Source: a virus (Duplodnaviria; Heunggongvirae; Uroviricota; Caudoviricetes). Taken from it: a stretch of DNA of 64,000 nt. Location of the stretch: the IMG/VR virus record IMGVR_UViG_3300045993_000138; one strand, 5' to 3'. Positions within the stretch are counted from its first letter, which is position 1. Every line of letters begins with the position of its first letter. The notes under the pieces are model-generated. The model was not told the origin of the DNA, did no database searches, and saw only the letters and a list, made by a program, of their open reading frames with translations. Shown piece after piece: positions 33,063-42,681 of the stretch. The position numbers and the translations under genes were made by a program.

Positions 33063-33164
33063 AACAGATTTGCTGGCACTAACCGTAAGTCACCTAATGA
33101 CATAGGGGTGGTTAGCTAAGAGAAGCCATGCGTGACTACCAGCAAACATATAAAGGATACACCA

Positions 33165-34496
33165 ATGCTTTCATTTAAAACATTCTTATCAGAAGCCGCT
33201 GAACCGAATTGGGGTGGTGAACGTAATTTCGTAGGTCATGGGGATAATGCCCGTGAGTTTATGGAAAACCTCATTATGCCATATCATGTTTATGATCCAC
33301 TTAAACATGCGGTCAATGAAGCATTGATGGCAGAAGCAGATCTAAGTCATCTTCCATCTGCACATGAATATTTACAGCAACATCCAGAACACGATAAGTC
33401 TGGTGGTAACATTCTTCATCACATGCGTAGAGGCGCGGAAGCTGCCTTTCCAGAAGGTGAACATGAACACGTTAGAGTAGCAAAGCACAAGGAAGCAGTC
33501 ACTCATTGGAACAATTTCAAGAGTAATTACGAAAAGTCTGAGAATGCTCGCCGTGCAACAATTGGTCATCCAAAGAAGCTTTCACTAGGACACGGTAGCA
33601 ACCTAATGTCATCGAATGGAAAGTATGATCCAGAGAAGCATGTTGGAGCAGAGGCACACGGTAAGAAGGTTAAGATTCTTGGTCTTGCTCTGGCACCACA
33701 CACAATCGGCGGTGGCAACAATGTTTGCCCAAAGGCAACCAAGGGATGCAAGTCCACATGTCTAGCACTTCATGCTGGTATGAACCAAGGTGAAGAGCGT
33801 AACTATCACTTGAAGGTTGCACGTACTCAGTTTCTACAGAAGCATCCAGAACACGCTGTTCGTATGCTCTCACATGAGATTCAACGTCATGGTACTGGTG
33901 CCAAGAAGAAAGGCTTCGAACCTGCTGTACGTCTGAATGCAAACTCAGATTTGAACATCGAACACATTCTTCCACATCAATATTGGAATAAGTTCGGTAA
34001 GGGTGGTCAGCACGAAGTCAAGCATTATGACTATACCAAGGTTGCCGGTCGTATGTCTTCACCTGCAAAGCGTGAGAATCTTGCAAAGAAAGGTTATCAT
34101 CTAACACTATCTTCGACTGGTACTGGTCACGCAGAGAGTAATGATAAGGATGTTTCAAAGCATCTACATGCTGGTGGAAATGCCGCAGTTGTATTCAGAA
34201 CACGCGAACATAATGAACTTCCACACACTCTAGTTGTTCACCATCCAAATGGTACTCAAACAGGTCATCCAGTTCATAATGCAAACGTTCGTGATGATCG
34301 TTATAATGATGCGGAACATCATGCTGGTGGTTCTCCAGAACATCACAAGTTCCTTGCAGCGAATCCACACATTCAACGTGGTGCAGGACATGTTTCGGGT
34401 CTTACCTTCAAGGGTAATACAAAGAAGGATCTAGAGCATACAGAATTTGCTGTGGATGCACATAAGGGCGTTGCACACATTCATGGGCACCTGTAA
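33165..34496 (+). CDS. His-rich protein with gp88-like Cys motif
   Basis: MLSFKTFLSE leader; CPKATKGCKSTC, VRLNANSD, YDYTK motifs. Confidence 0.7.
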   Translation: MLSFKTFLSEAAEPNWGGERNFVGHGDNAREFMENLIMPYHVYDPLKHAVNEALMAEADLSHLPSAHEYLQQHPEHDKSGGNILHHMRRGAEAAFPEGEHEHVRVAKHKEAVTHWNNFKSNYEKSENARRATIGHPKKLSLGHGSNLMSSNGKYDPEKHVGAEAHGKKVKILGLALAPHTIGGGNNVCPKATKGCKSTCLALHAGMNQGEERNYHLKVARTQFLQKHPEHAVRMLSHEIQRHGTGAKKKGFEPAVRLNANSDLNIEHILPHQYWNKFGKGGQHEVKHYDYTKVAGRMSSPAKRENLAKKGYHLTLSSTGTGHAESNDKDVSKHLHAGGNAAVVFRTREHNELPHTLVVHHPNGTQTGHPVHNANVRDDRYNDAEHHAGGSPEHHKFLAANPHIQRGAGHVSGLTFKGNTKKDLEHTEFAVDAHKGVAHIHGHL

Positions 34497-34524
34497 TCAA
34501 CTAATTTAAACAAAGGATAATGAA

Positions 34525-34935
34525 ATGTCACTAGTAGTAATCAAATATCTCGGAAATGAAACACGCACTGGAATCAATCAGGTCGAAGAATGGTATCTAC
34601 CAACTGATGCATATGCAACAAAGTTCTATGATGATCAGGGTCGTCGTTTATACTTGGTAGGAACAGAAGATCAGGTTCTAAGTGAAGGTTCACTTCTATC
34701 TCAGAATTCTATTGTTAACTATCATGGTTACGATTTTACTACTACAGATGCGGTCGTAGAAGCACCAGTGGTTGTTGCTCCAGTTGTAGTTCCACCAGTA
34801 GTTGAAGTTCCAGTAGTTGAAGCACCAGTGGTGGAAGTTCCTGTTGTAGAAGCACCAGTTGAAGTTCCAGTGGTAGCAGATCCAGTAGTAGAAGCACCAG
34901 TTGCTCCTGTTGCTGATCCAACAGTAACTCCATAA
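34525..34935 (+). CDS. protein with V/E/A/P low-complexity repeat tail
   Basis: repeated VEAPVV/VEVPVV units. Confidence 0.7.
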   Translation: MSLVVIKYLGNETRTGINQVEEWYLPTDAYATKFYDDQGRRLYLVGTEDQVLSEGSLLSQNSIVNYHGYDFTTTDAVVEAPVVVAPVVVPPVVEVPVVEAPVVEVPVVEAPVEVPVVADPVVEAPVAPVADPTVTP

Positions 34936-34961
34936 TAGAGGTTTGATAACTTGTTTAACGA

Positions 34962-35522
34962 TTAGGAGTTATTTGAATATGCTTTGAATAACTCCTTTAA
35001 TCCTTCTCTAAACATATTATCGTCCATGTCATTTTTGGCGTAATTTAATGACGCTGATATAAATTGTACATTTCCTTTTACATATCCTTTCGATGAATCT
35101 ATTCTGTCTAAAGATGCTAAATGTATCTGGTCTTGTCTTCCTTTATCAAAATGATAGTCTGTAATTTTTAATTCTATTCCACTATATACACACTTCCCAT
35201 TTTGTGATTCCCACAAATATTTCAAATATTCTACATCAATATTGGTTTCTATATTTTTATCTTTAGCGCGACTTTTAGCTTTTCTGATATAATATTTAAG
35301 TTTTCTATCTAACGTCCTTGGTAATTTTTCACCACCAATTCTTAAATTTCCCTTCATCTTGTTACCTTTATCTAATTTGTAGTTATTGAATGTAGCCGTA
35401 CACGATAAAGAACAAAAGAAATTAATTTTCCCATTGCGAATTTGACGATCATGTTCTCTACGATCCTTTTCAAATTCTTTATTACAGTGCATACAATTTA
35501 ACGCGATAGTTGGTCTTGACAT
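34962..35522 (-). CDS. HNH-type homing endonuclease with N-terminal Cys finger
   Basis: CMHC...FFCSLSC and ASLDRIDSSKGYVKGNVQF. Confidence 0.8.
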   Translation of the reverse strand: MSRPTIALNCMHCNKEFEKDRREHDRQIRNGKINFFCSLSCTATFNNYKLDKGNKMKGNLRIGGEKLPRTLDRKLKYYIRKAKSRAKDKNIETNIDVEYLKYLWESQNGKCVYSGIELKITDYHFDKGRQDQIHLASLDRIDSSKGYVKGNVQFISASLNYAKNDMDDNMFREGLKELFKAYSNNS

Positions 35523-35544
35523 TAAGAATTTCCTATGTTACTAT
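35516..35544 (+). promoter_or_regulatory. sigma70-type promoter for tmRNA
   Basis: TTGACA-17-TACTAT, overlapping the divergent HNH start. Confidence 0.55.
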
Positions 35545-35552
35545 ATAATAGA

Positions 35553-35822
35553 CTGGTACGTTGATAAGCAATTATCTGAATGAACTTTAGTAAGGCTTGG
35601 AACACGGGATCTGCGATGTTCCCCACCTCCACCATATTATATAGGCAACTCCACCAATGAGTTGCCATCTATGGGGGTGAATAGTTTCGACTCCGAGAGA
35701 TAGAAAGATCGTAGTGTCAGTAAATCAGTAAATGCAAACGATAATTCATTTACACCTATGGCAATTGCTGCTTAATCGCACTTTTGTACAATGAGATTAG
35801 CCCACTTGGAAACAGAACGGGC
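35553..35822 (+). ncRNA. ssrA: permuted two-piece tmRNA
   Basis: acceptor 3' end CACCTCC-ACCA (35624-34) precedes 5' end GGGGGTG (35673-79, G3:U70); tag ANDNSFTPMAIAA* at 35734-75; CTTGGAAACAGAAC tract; outer ends approximate. Confidence 0.92.
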
Positions 35823-35825
35823 AAC

Positions 35826-35859
35826 GGGGTGGGAGGGAAACCTCCCACCCCTTTCTTTT
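35826..35859 (+). terminator. Rho-independent terminator of tmRNA
   Basis: GGGGTGGGAGG-GAAA-CCTCCCACCCC + T-rich run. Confidence 0.9.
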
Positions 35860-35888
35860 AGCCGCTGCATAATGGAGGTAAAATACAC

Positions 35889-36530
35889 ATGAACGCAGTA
35901 GACAAAATAGACGCTTGGGTGAACAAACACATGACACTCATGCTTCGCGTAGGGGTGCTGGCATCAGCACTATTTCTTGGAATCTATGTTCCAGCAACCT
36001 CAGTATACCATCTGAGTACACAATTAAAACAGGAAAGAGCGACACACGCACAATTTGCAAATAATGCAAATCAAACTATTGAGGATCTATCAAAGCAGGT
36101 AGAAAGTTTCAATAAGAGATATCACAAGGAAATGGCAGCAGAATCCGAAGTCACATGTTTGGCTGAGAATATCTATTATGAAACTGGTGCAAAGGATGAA
36201 GAGGGTGCGAGAGCAGTCGCACAGGTAACTCTTAATAGAAAGCGTATGCACTTTGCAAACAGCATATGTGGTGTTGTCAAGCAAAAGAGTGGTAATACTT
36301 GCCAGTTTTCTTGGGTGTGTCAGTCACACGATCCACCAAAGGCAAATGTTTTCGTACATGCTGTAGAAATCGCTCGAAAAAGCTTGACAAAAGGTGTCGC
36401 AGATAGTACAATGAATACTGCGCTTTACTTTCATGCGGATTACGTAACCCCAAGATGGGCTGAAAGTAAGAATTATATAACGCAGATTGGACACCACATT
36501 TTTTATTCGGAGAGAACTAGTGATAATTGA
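35889..36530 (+). CDS. SleB-family cell wall hydrolase
   Basis: CLAENIYYE, CQFSW, YFHADYV.P.W, IGHHIFY; N-terminal TM helix. Confidence 0.9.
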   Translation: MNAVDKIDAWVNKHMTLMLRVGVLASALFLGIYVPATSVYHLSTQLKQERATHAQFANNANQTIEDLSKQVESFNKRYHKEMAAESEVTCLAENIYYETGAKDEEGARAVAQVTLNRKRMHFANSICGVVKQKSGNTCQFSWVCQSHDPPKANVFVHAVEIARKSLTKGVADSTMNTALYFHADYVTPRWAESKNYITQIGHHIFYSERTSDN

Positions 36531-37554
36531 TAATGAACCCAAATTGGATTTTTCTGATGTTCTGATGGTACCCAATAGATCTTCATTACGATCCAGAAGT
36601 CAAGTGTCTACCACAGTGGAATTCTTCGATAGAGAGATCACACCAATTGTGGCAGCAAATATGGATGGTGTTGGTACCTTTGAAATGGTAGAGGCATTGT
36701 CGGAATACAAGATTCTGACAGCATTGGTAAAGCATTATACCGTTCAAGAACTTTTAGACTTCTTTGATGTCAGTGCTGATGCCGCACGTTATGCCATTTA
36801 CTCTATGGGAACTTCCACCGAAGACATTGAGAAGTTCGTTCTTTTCAATGAAATGTGTGATGATAATGGTGTTACCAAACCATTTGCAGTATGCGTGGAT
36901 GTTGCTAATGGGTATACAACACACTTCGAAGATCAGTGTCTTCACATTGCCGAAGAGTTTCCAGAATATGTTTTGATTGCTGGAAACGTAGTAACACCAG
37001 AACGTGTCGAACAACTATACGAATGTGGTGTCAATGTTGTCAAGATTGGTATCGGTCCCGGCTCAGTCTGCACAACACGTAGACTTACTGGTATCGGTTA
37101 TCCACAACTTTCTGCCGTCATTGAATGTTCACAGGTCGCTCGCGATGCTGGTGGAAAGTTAATCTCTGATGGTGGTTGTACGTGTCCCGGTGATGTCGCA
37201 AAGGCATTTGGTGCTGGTGCAGATCTTGTGATGTTGGGTGGAATGCTAGCTGGACACGAAGAGGGTGGTGGGGAAAACATTCTAGTTGGACACCAACATT
37301 TCCGTAAGTTCTATGGAATGGCATCCAAGGAAGCACAGCACAAGCACAATGGTGGAGTTGCCGAATATCGTGCTTCGGAAGGAAAGGAAGTTCTAGTTCC
37401 ATATCGCGGAAACGTAGAACACACAATCAAGGATCTACTTGGGGGTATTCGTAGTGCTGCGACTTATATTGGAGCAGAATCTATCGAAGAATTCCACAGA
37501 AAATGTAAATTTATAAGAGTCAACAGACAAATAAACAATGTTTTCGGGACATGA
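36520..37554 (+). CDS. guaC: GMP reductase
   Basis: LDFSDV, ANMDGVG, DVANGY, KIGIGPGSVCTTR, SDGG, LGGMLAGH, FYGMAS, YRASEGK; GTG start inferred. Confidence 0.93.
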   Translation: MIIDNEPKLDFSDVLMVPNRSSLRSRSQVSTTVEFFDREITPIVAANMDGVGTFEMVEALSEYKILTALVKHYTVQELLDFFDVSADAARYAIYSMGTSTEDIEKFVLFNEMCDDNGVTKPFAVCVDVANGYTTHFEDQCLHIAEEFPEYVLIAGNVVTPERVEQLYECGVNVVKIGIGPGSVCTTRRLTGIGYPQLSAVIECSQVARDAGGKLISDGGCTCPGDVAKAFGAGADLVMLGGMLAGHEEGGGENILVGHQHFRKFYGMASKEAQHKHNGGVAEYRASEGKEVLVPYRGNVEHTIKDLLGGIRSAATYIGAESIEEFHRKCKFIRVNRQINNVFGT

Positions 37555-37813
37555 TTTGCCTATAGGTAAAGAGATCATGGTGGAACTACTGCTTCTTTAG
37601 ATAGAATTGATTCAAACAAAGACTATACAATAGATAACGTTCAATGGGTACATAGAGATATAAACATGATGAAAAGAGATTTTACAGAGCAATATTTTAA
37701 AGAATTGTGCCGAATGGTTGTGGAGAATAATGATGTCGCTAGCAACGTTACTTGATTGTGATACTAATGAAATCCCCAATATTCGCAAGCGCAGGAAATT
37801 AGAGAAGAAGTTC

Positions 37814-38035
37814 ATGGCTACTAAGGATGAACGTAATGCTTTCTCTATGACCATTGAAACGATGGCACTTCAATACCGTGTTTCGCACATTGAAGCTATC
37901 ACTATGCATTGTGAAGAGACTGGATTGGAAATTGAAATGGCAGCAGGATTGGTAAACGATGGTTTGAAATCCAAGATCGAAGCAGAAGCACAGGATCTTC
38001 GTTATCTTCCAAGAGGTTCAAAGTTACCACTATGA
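37814..38035 (+). CDS. gp33: late promoter transcription coactivator gp33
   Basis: SHIEAI..HCEE..LEIE...KSKIEAEAQDL..LP; synteny with gp59 and gp32. Confidence 0.8.
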   Translation: MATKDERNAFSMTIETMALQYRVSHIEAITMHCEETGLEIEMAAGLVNDGLKSKIEAEAQDLRYLPRGSKLPL

Positions 38036-38180
38036 GTAATGGTGTATTTGGCTACAATGTAGCACTATGGATTCTCAGTGGAATTGCTATTAAGGTTTTC
38101 GTACTTTCACCCGCATTCCTTATCGTAACTATTTTATTAACATCTATCCCAAAATATAGAGTGGAAGAAGAAAGCGAAGA

Positions 38181-38783
38181 ATGAACGGATACGATGCCTA
38201 CCTAGCCTATCAGGCAGTAAAGCTACATTTCACAACCGAGTCTTTTGACTACTTCAAATATGGTGGGAAAACTAAGGCTTCCGTCGATACATTTAATAAA
38301 AGAAAGGACAAATATCAGTTTCACAAGATTGGTCGCCTTTACAACGAACAGGAATTACCATACTTTCTTGCTGTTAATTTCTTAAAAGGTGATGGTAAAA
38401 CTTGGGTAGGAAATCTGATAGGAAATGACGCTGCCAACGTCTATAAAGATTGGCTCAACTGGCAACAGTCCAGAACTTACCGTCTCAAAGAAGACTTGGA
38501 TAAGTTAGCAGAAAAGGATTTTGGAAGTTTGATTGTCTGTAAAGATGGTCAGGCACCAGAGTTATTGAATCTTGTTTATCAAGAGGAAATAGGATACGAC
38601 AGTCTAGTTATACTGGATCATTTTATGAATCTAACGGACGCTTGGAATAAGAAACTGCAAGGTGACTTTATTTGGGATACGTTTTATAAAAAGTTCCAAA
38701 AGTATAGACCGTTCTTTACTAGTTACGCTGGCATCGATGACTCTTACAAAAAGATCGTTGTGGACAGCTTGACAAAGACCTAA
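38181..38783 (+). CDS. gp59: helicase loader gp59
   Basis: Y..Y.AVKLHF...FDYFKY.GK; upstream of gp32. Confidence 0.88.
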   Translation: MNGYDAYLAYQAVKLHFTTESFDYFKYGGKTKASVDTFNKRKDKYQFHKIGRLYNEQELPYFLAVNFLKGDGKTWVGNLIGNDAANVYKDWLNWQQSRTYRLKEDLDKLAEKDFGSLIVCKDGQAPELLNLVYQEEIGYDSLVILDHFMNLTDAWNKKLQGDFIWDTFYKKFQKYRPFFTSYAGIDDSYKKIVVDSLTKT

Positions 38784-38797
38784 GAATACTATATACT
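38769..38797 (+). promoter_or_regulatory. promoter for gp32
   Basis: TTGACA-17-TATACT followed by A/T-rich leader. Confidence 0.65.
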
Positions 38798-38860
38798 ATA
38801 GTTATATTATGATATGTTTCGTGGATAAATTAATACACCGTAATACAGGAAATACAAAAT

Positions 38861-39772
38861 ATGAATTTTAACAATCTAAAGAAGAAGTCATCTTTCGACA
38901 AGCTCAACAAAGAACTTGAGAAGATCAATAACAAGAGTGGTGGTGCAGATAGCCGCTTTTGGCAACCAGAAGTAGACAAGGCAGGAAACGGTCAAGCCGT
39001 TATCCGATTCCTTGATGCTCCACAAGCCGATGGTGATGATGGTTCACCTTGGGTACAAGTTTTCGGACATGGATTTCAGGGACCGGGCGGCTGGTTCATT
39101 GATACATGTTTGACCACACTTGGTCAGGGTAGCAAGTGCCCTGTCTGCGAAGAAAACACAAAACTTTGGAATAGTGGCGTAGAAGCGAACAAGGATATCG
39201 TTCGTCAGCGCAAGCGTAAGCTGAACTATATTTCAAACATCGTAGTTGTCAAGGATCCAGCACATCCAGAAAATGAAGGAAAGGTTTTCCTTTACAAGTA
39301 TGGTAAGAAGATCTTTGACAAGCTTGCGGAACGTTTTCCAAAGAAGAAGTCCGATGGTACCTATGAAACCTGCGATTCTATGGATGAAGAATTTCTAAAG
39401 TTCGATCCATTCAATCTATGGGAAGGTGCTAACTTCAAGCTCAAGATTCGTCAGGTTGAGGGATACCGCAACTATGATAAGTCAGAGTTTGTTGGAGAAA
39501 CTGGACCAATCGCCAATAGCGATGAAGAAATCGAAGTTGTCTGGAAGCAGGGTCATTCATTGAAGGCGTTTGTTGATCCAGAACTCTTCAAGTCCTACGC
39601 ACAACTCAAGGCACGCCTTGATGCTGTTCTAGGTGGTGGAAACAAGAATCGCACCAAGAGTGCGGAAGATGTTGAACTCGATGACGTACAGACAGAAGCA
39701 CCATTCGATGGTGGAACTCCTGCGTCTGACGACACACTCAACTACTTCAAGGATCTTGCAGAAGCTGAGTAA
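38861..39772 (+). CDS. gp32: single-stranded DNA binding protein gp32
   Basis: DKAGNGQAVIRFL, CPVCE, KYGKKIFDK, GANFKLKIR, NYDKSEF, acidic tail. Confidence 0.96.
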   Translation: MNFNNLKKKSSFDKLNKELEKINNKSGGADSRFWQPEVDKAGNGQAVIRFLDAPQADGDDGSPWVQVFGHGFQGPGGWFIDTCLTTLGQGSKCPVCEENTKLWNSGVEANKDIVRQRKRKLNYISNIVVVKDPAHPENEGKVFLYKYGKKIFDKLAERFPKKKSDGTYETCDSMDEEFLKFDPFNLWEGANFKLKIRQVEGYRNYDKSEFVGETGPIANSDEEIEVVWKQGHSLKAFVDPELFKSYAQLKARLDAVLGGGNKNRTKSAEDVELDDVQTEAPFDGGTPASDDTLNYFKDLAEAE

Positions 39773-39805
39773 AAATCACAGAGGGTAAATGGTTCCTTTG
39801 GGATT

Positions 39806-39837
39806 AAAGGGGAGGCAGAAATGTCCTCCCCTTTTTT
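39806..39837. terminator. bidirectional terminator between convergent genes
   Basis: AAAGGGGAGG-CAGAAATGT-CCTCCCCTTTTTT. Confidence 0.8.
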
Positions 39838-41752
39838 ACATCTTGTAGATGCCGGGATGTACCACTGGATGATCAAAGATTGATGCAACGTATGTTGCCA
39901 CAGAAGGTTCTGTGTTACGTATTATAATGATTCCACCACTATCTTTATTCGATTGAATGACATTTGGTGCCTGTTGTTTTGCAGGAACATTAACTACAGT
40001 AGTTGTATTCTTATTTCTGCTATCTGATAGTTGCTTGTTCTCTGCCGATGGTTGAGATACGGCATCTTCTTTAGCCTTAGACTGTACTTGTGTGGTTCCC
40101 TTTTGAGAATTTGCATATTCTTTTCTGGTTAATGCAGCATCCTGAGACTGGAAATCTTTGCCAGCGATTTTTTCCTGAACGTCTTTTGGAAGTTTATCGT
40201 TACTGACAATATTACCGTCTTTATCCTTGAACTTTCCCGGTCCTGCCCATGTGTATCCAGTTCCTTCAAGTTTGGCATTTTGTCTCTTTGTCATCTCTTC
40301 ATGAGAAATTTCATTTCCATGTGCAGCTTTATTTGCTTCTGCATCTTGACCAGTTAGCTTACCAAATCCACTGGCAATAGCAGCACCTGCCTTGTCTGCA
40401 CCTAAAGCTTTTGCAATCTTATATCCAGCAATACCGGCACCGACTACAGCAATTATTGGTAGTAACATTTCTGATAGAGCGGCAAGTGCAGGACCGACTA
40501 CTGCCATTAATCCTTTGATAGCAGTTCCTATAAATCCCATAATCTTACCAAGACCGTCTCTAGAAGATTTCTCTACTGTTTCTTTAATTCCGTCAAGTTC
40601 TTTCTTTAACTCTTCTTTCTTTTTTTCTTCTTTTGCATCTTGTTCTTTCTTATCATCTTCTTTTCTTGCTTCTTCAGCTTTAGCCTGATCTCCAATACCA
40701 GCAGATGCTCCACGATCTTTTGGCTTGAGAGTTTGGTATGCTTCTTCTTGTTGCTGTTTGTTACCATGCTTTTCAGCGATACTACTGGCATTCTTTTCAC
40801 CAATAAGACCAGCAGTGAATCCATATAGGAACTTTCTTCCTGCACCTTTGCCACCATATCTAAGAGTTTCTTCTGCTTCCTGCTCTTTCTTTCTCTTTTT
40901 AGAGTAGTCTGCATATGTCTTTGGAGTATCATCTTCATAACTATATCTGGATCTTCTTCCAGATTTCTGTCTTCTTGGTCTATCAAGACCTTCTTTAGCA
41001 ACCTCTGTAGCAGGAACTACTTCATCTTTATTCAGCTTGTCAACGGTGGGTTCTTGATTTGGTTGAACAGGAAGCTTTTCTAGAGTAGGACTCTCTTTTC
41101 TCTCATACTTCTTTCCACTAAGAAGATTCTTCATTCTTTCTTCTTCTGTGGAACCCCAAGATGTCTTCATTCTTTCTTCAATGTCCACACCTTTGCCACC
41201 GCGCTTCTTTAGGAAGGCAGCGAATTCTTTGTATAGTGGATCATTCTTATCCGACAATGGAGCATCTGGATCTTGTGCCACTGCCATAGAAGTCTCTATT
41301 TTCTGAACAGATGCTCCTATCTTTTCTACCTTGCTGTCAACTGAATCAACTTCACCGAGAATCTTACTAGTTCCTGTTTTTACTATCTTTTCAGTCTTAG
41401 TATCGGCTACGCCACTGACAGGTGTAGTCTTACCCATATCAGTAGACTTTCCACGTAGATTCTGATATGCCTCTTCTTGTTCATTCTTATTACCAAATCT
41501 CTCTGATAAAGAAGATGCATTCTTTTCACCAACAACACCGGCAGTGAATCCATGAAGGAATTTTCTGGCAGTGCCTTTACCACCATATTTCAATGTATCG
41601 TAAGACTCTCTTTCAGAATTCTGCTTTTTGGAATATTCTTCATAGCTTCCAGCAACAACTTTCTTATCACCTTTACCACCAAGTTTTCCTTTGGTTTGAG
41701 TGAGTTTATTGCCTACTGCCTTGAGTCCTAGTCCAGTTTTAGTCTTTTTCAT
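39836..41752 (-). CDS. baseplate hub/tape-measure-like virion protein
   Basis: 638 aa, charged coiled coils plus hydrophobic stretch, downstream of gp51/gp26; internal ~65 aa duplication. Confidence 0.6.
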   Translation of the reverse strand: MKKTKTGLGLKAVGNKLTQTKGKLGGKGDKKVVAGSYEEYSKKQNSERESYDTLKYGGKGTARKFLHGFTAGVVGEKNASSLSERFGNKNEQEEAYQNLRGKSTDMGKTTPVSGVADTKTEKIVKTGTSKILGEVDSVDSKVEKIGASVQKIETSMAVAQDPDAPLSDKNDPLYKEFAAFLKKRGGKGVDIEERMKTSWGSTEEERMKNLLSGKKYERKESPTLEKLPVQPNQEPTVDKLNKDEVVPATEVAKEGLDRPRRQKSGRRSRYSYEDDTPKTYADYSKKRKKEQEAEETLRYGGKGAGRKFLYGFTAGLIGEKNASSIAEKHGNKQQQEEAYQTLKPKDRGASAGIGDQAKAEEARKEDDKKEQDAKEEKKKEELKKELDGIKETVEKSSRDGLGKIMGFIGTAIKGLMAVVGPALAALSEMLLPIIAVVGAGIAGYKIAKALGADKAGAAIASGFGKLTGQDAEANKAAHGNEISHEEMTKRQNAKLEGTGYTWAGPGKFKDKDGNIVSNDKLPKDVQEKIAGKDFQSQDAALTRKEYANSQKGTTQVQSKAKEDAVSQPSAENKQLSDSRNKNTTTVVNVPAKQQAPNVIQSNKDSGGIIIIRNTEPSVATYVASIFDHPVVHPGIYKM

Positions 41753-41904
41753 CTTCTTCTAGTTGCTCTCTTCTGTTGATTTTCCAACTTGATTCTTTCG
41801 TTCTCTTCTCTAATCTTGCTTACGAGCATGGTAACGTACATATCTCTTTCCCAAGGTAGCATATTTTCAAGATCGGTCAATGAGTATTTGTGATCATTAA
41901 TCAT
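41749..41904 (-). CDS. gp51: baseplate hub assembly catalyst gp51
   Basis: HKYSLTDLENMLPWERDMYV motif. Confidence 0.8.
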   Translation of the reverse strand: MINDHKYSLTDLENMLPWERDMYVTMLVSKIREENERIKLENQQKRATRRR

Positions 41905-41951
41905 CGTGAACGTGGTGCTGTAATATGTCTTCAAACTATCATTACCAAAGC

Positions 41952-42665
41952 TTAGGTAAAAAAATCGTTCAGTCCCTCCAACTTGACTGTATGTTCGAAT
42001 CCACATTTTGTGCAAATGTGTTGGTTAGAATAGTGAATTGTTGGTGCGTTCTTTATGAAGTTTTGTAATTTCTCGTATACATCTTCTTTGATGTTGGTCA
42101 AGAATTCATCGACTTCTTCTGGTGTGGCATCCTTTGGATCATAGACTTCATCATCATCGAAAATCTTGTCTATACACATAGCAATCATTTTGTTGCTGAC
42201 GTTCTCTTCTGATTCTACAATCTTTAGAAACTCTAGTGTTGGGTACTTCATCATGACACCGATTTTATCAGTGAACATGATCTTGTTGGATATACCAACA
42301 TTCTTAACAGTAACATCTTTTAGAATGTCTACATTTACATCGATAACCATTCCACATTCTTGATCTTCGACCAAGTTCTTACACTTGAAGAATACATCAA
42401 TGGTTTCCCCAACAGACCTTCCTCTTAGATTGAGAAAGAATAGTTCGACATCCACCATAGAGAGTGAATCTACATCCAACTCTTCTAGAGCGCAATTGTT
42501 AATAATCTGTTTGATGGAGTCAACAACAGTATCCATGCTTTTGGATTCGACTGCCATCATGAGAAGCTTCTGTTCTTTCACCAGAAAGGGTCTAAACTTT
42601 ATAGGCTTTTCTCTGGAAAGAATCTTCGCTTCATATATCGGATACTGGATCTTTGGCAAACTCAT
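41952..42665 (-). CDS. gp26: baseplate hub subunit gp26
   Basis: MSLPKI, FRPFLVKEQKLL, LRGRSVGE, C..C motifs. Confidence 0.88.
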   Translation of the reverse strand: MSLPKIQYPIYEAKILSREKPIKFRPFLVKEQKLLMMAVESKSMDTVVDSIKQIINNCALEELDVDSLSMVDVELFFLNLRGRSVGETIDVFFKCKNLVEDQECGMVIDVNVDILKDVTVKNVGISNKIMFTDKIGVMMKYPTLEFLKIVESEENVSNKMIAMCIDKIFDDDEVYDPKDATPEEVDEFLTNIKEDVYEKLQNFIKNAPTIHYSNQHICTKCGFEHTVKLEGLNDFFT

Positions 42666-42681
42666 TATATTACCTCATTAT

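Noticed and set aside
34742-34933. Tandem DNA repeat element or minus-strand ORF
   Set aside because: The periodicity is explained by the VEAPVV peptide repeats of the plus-strand CDS.
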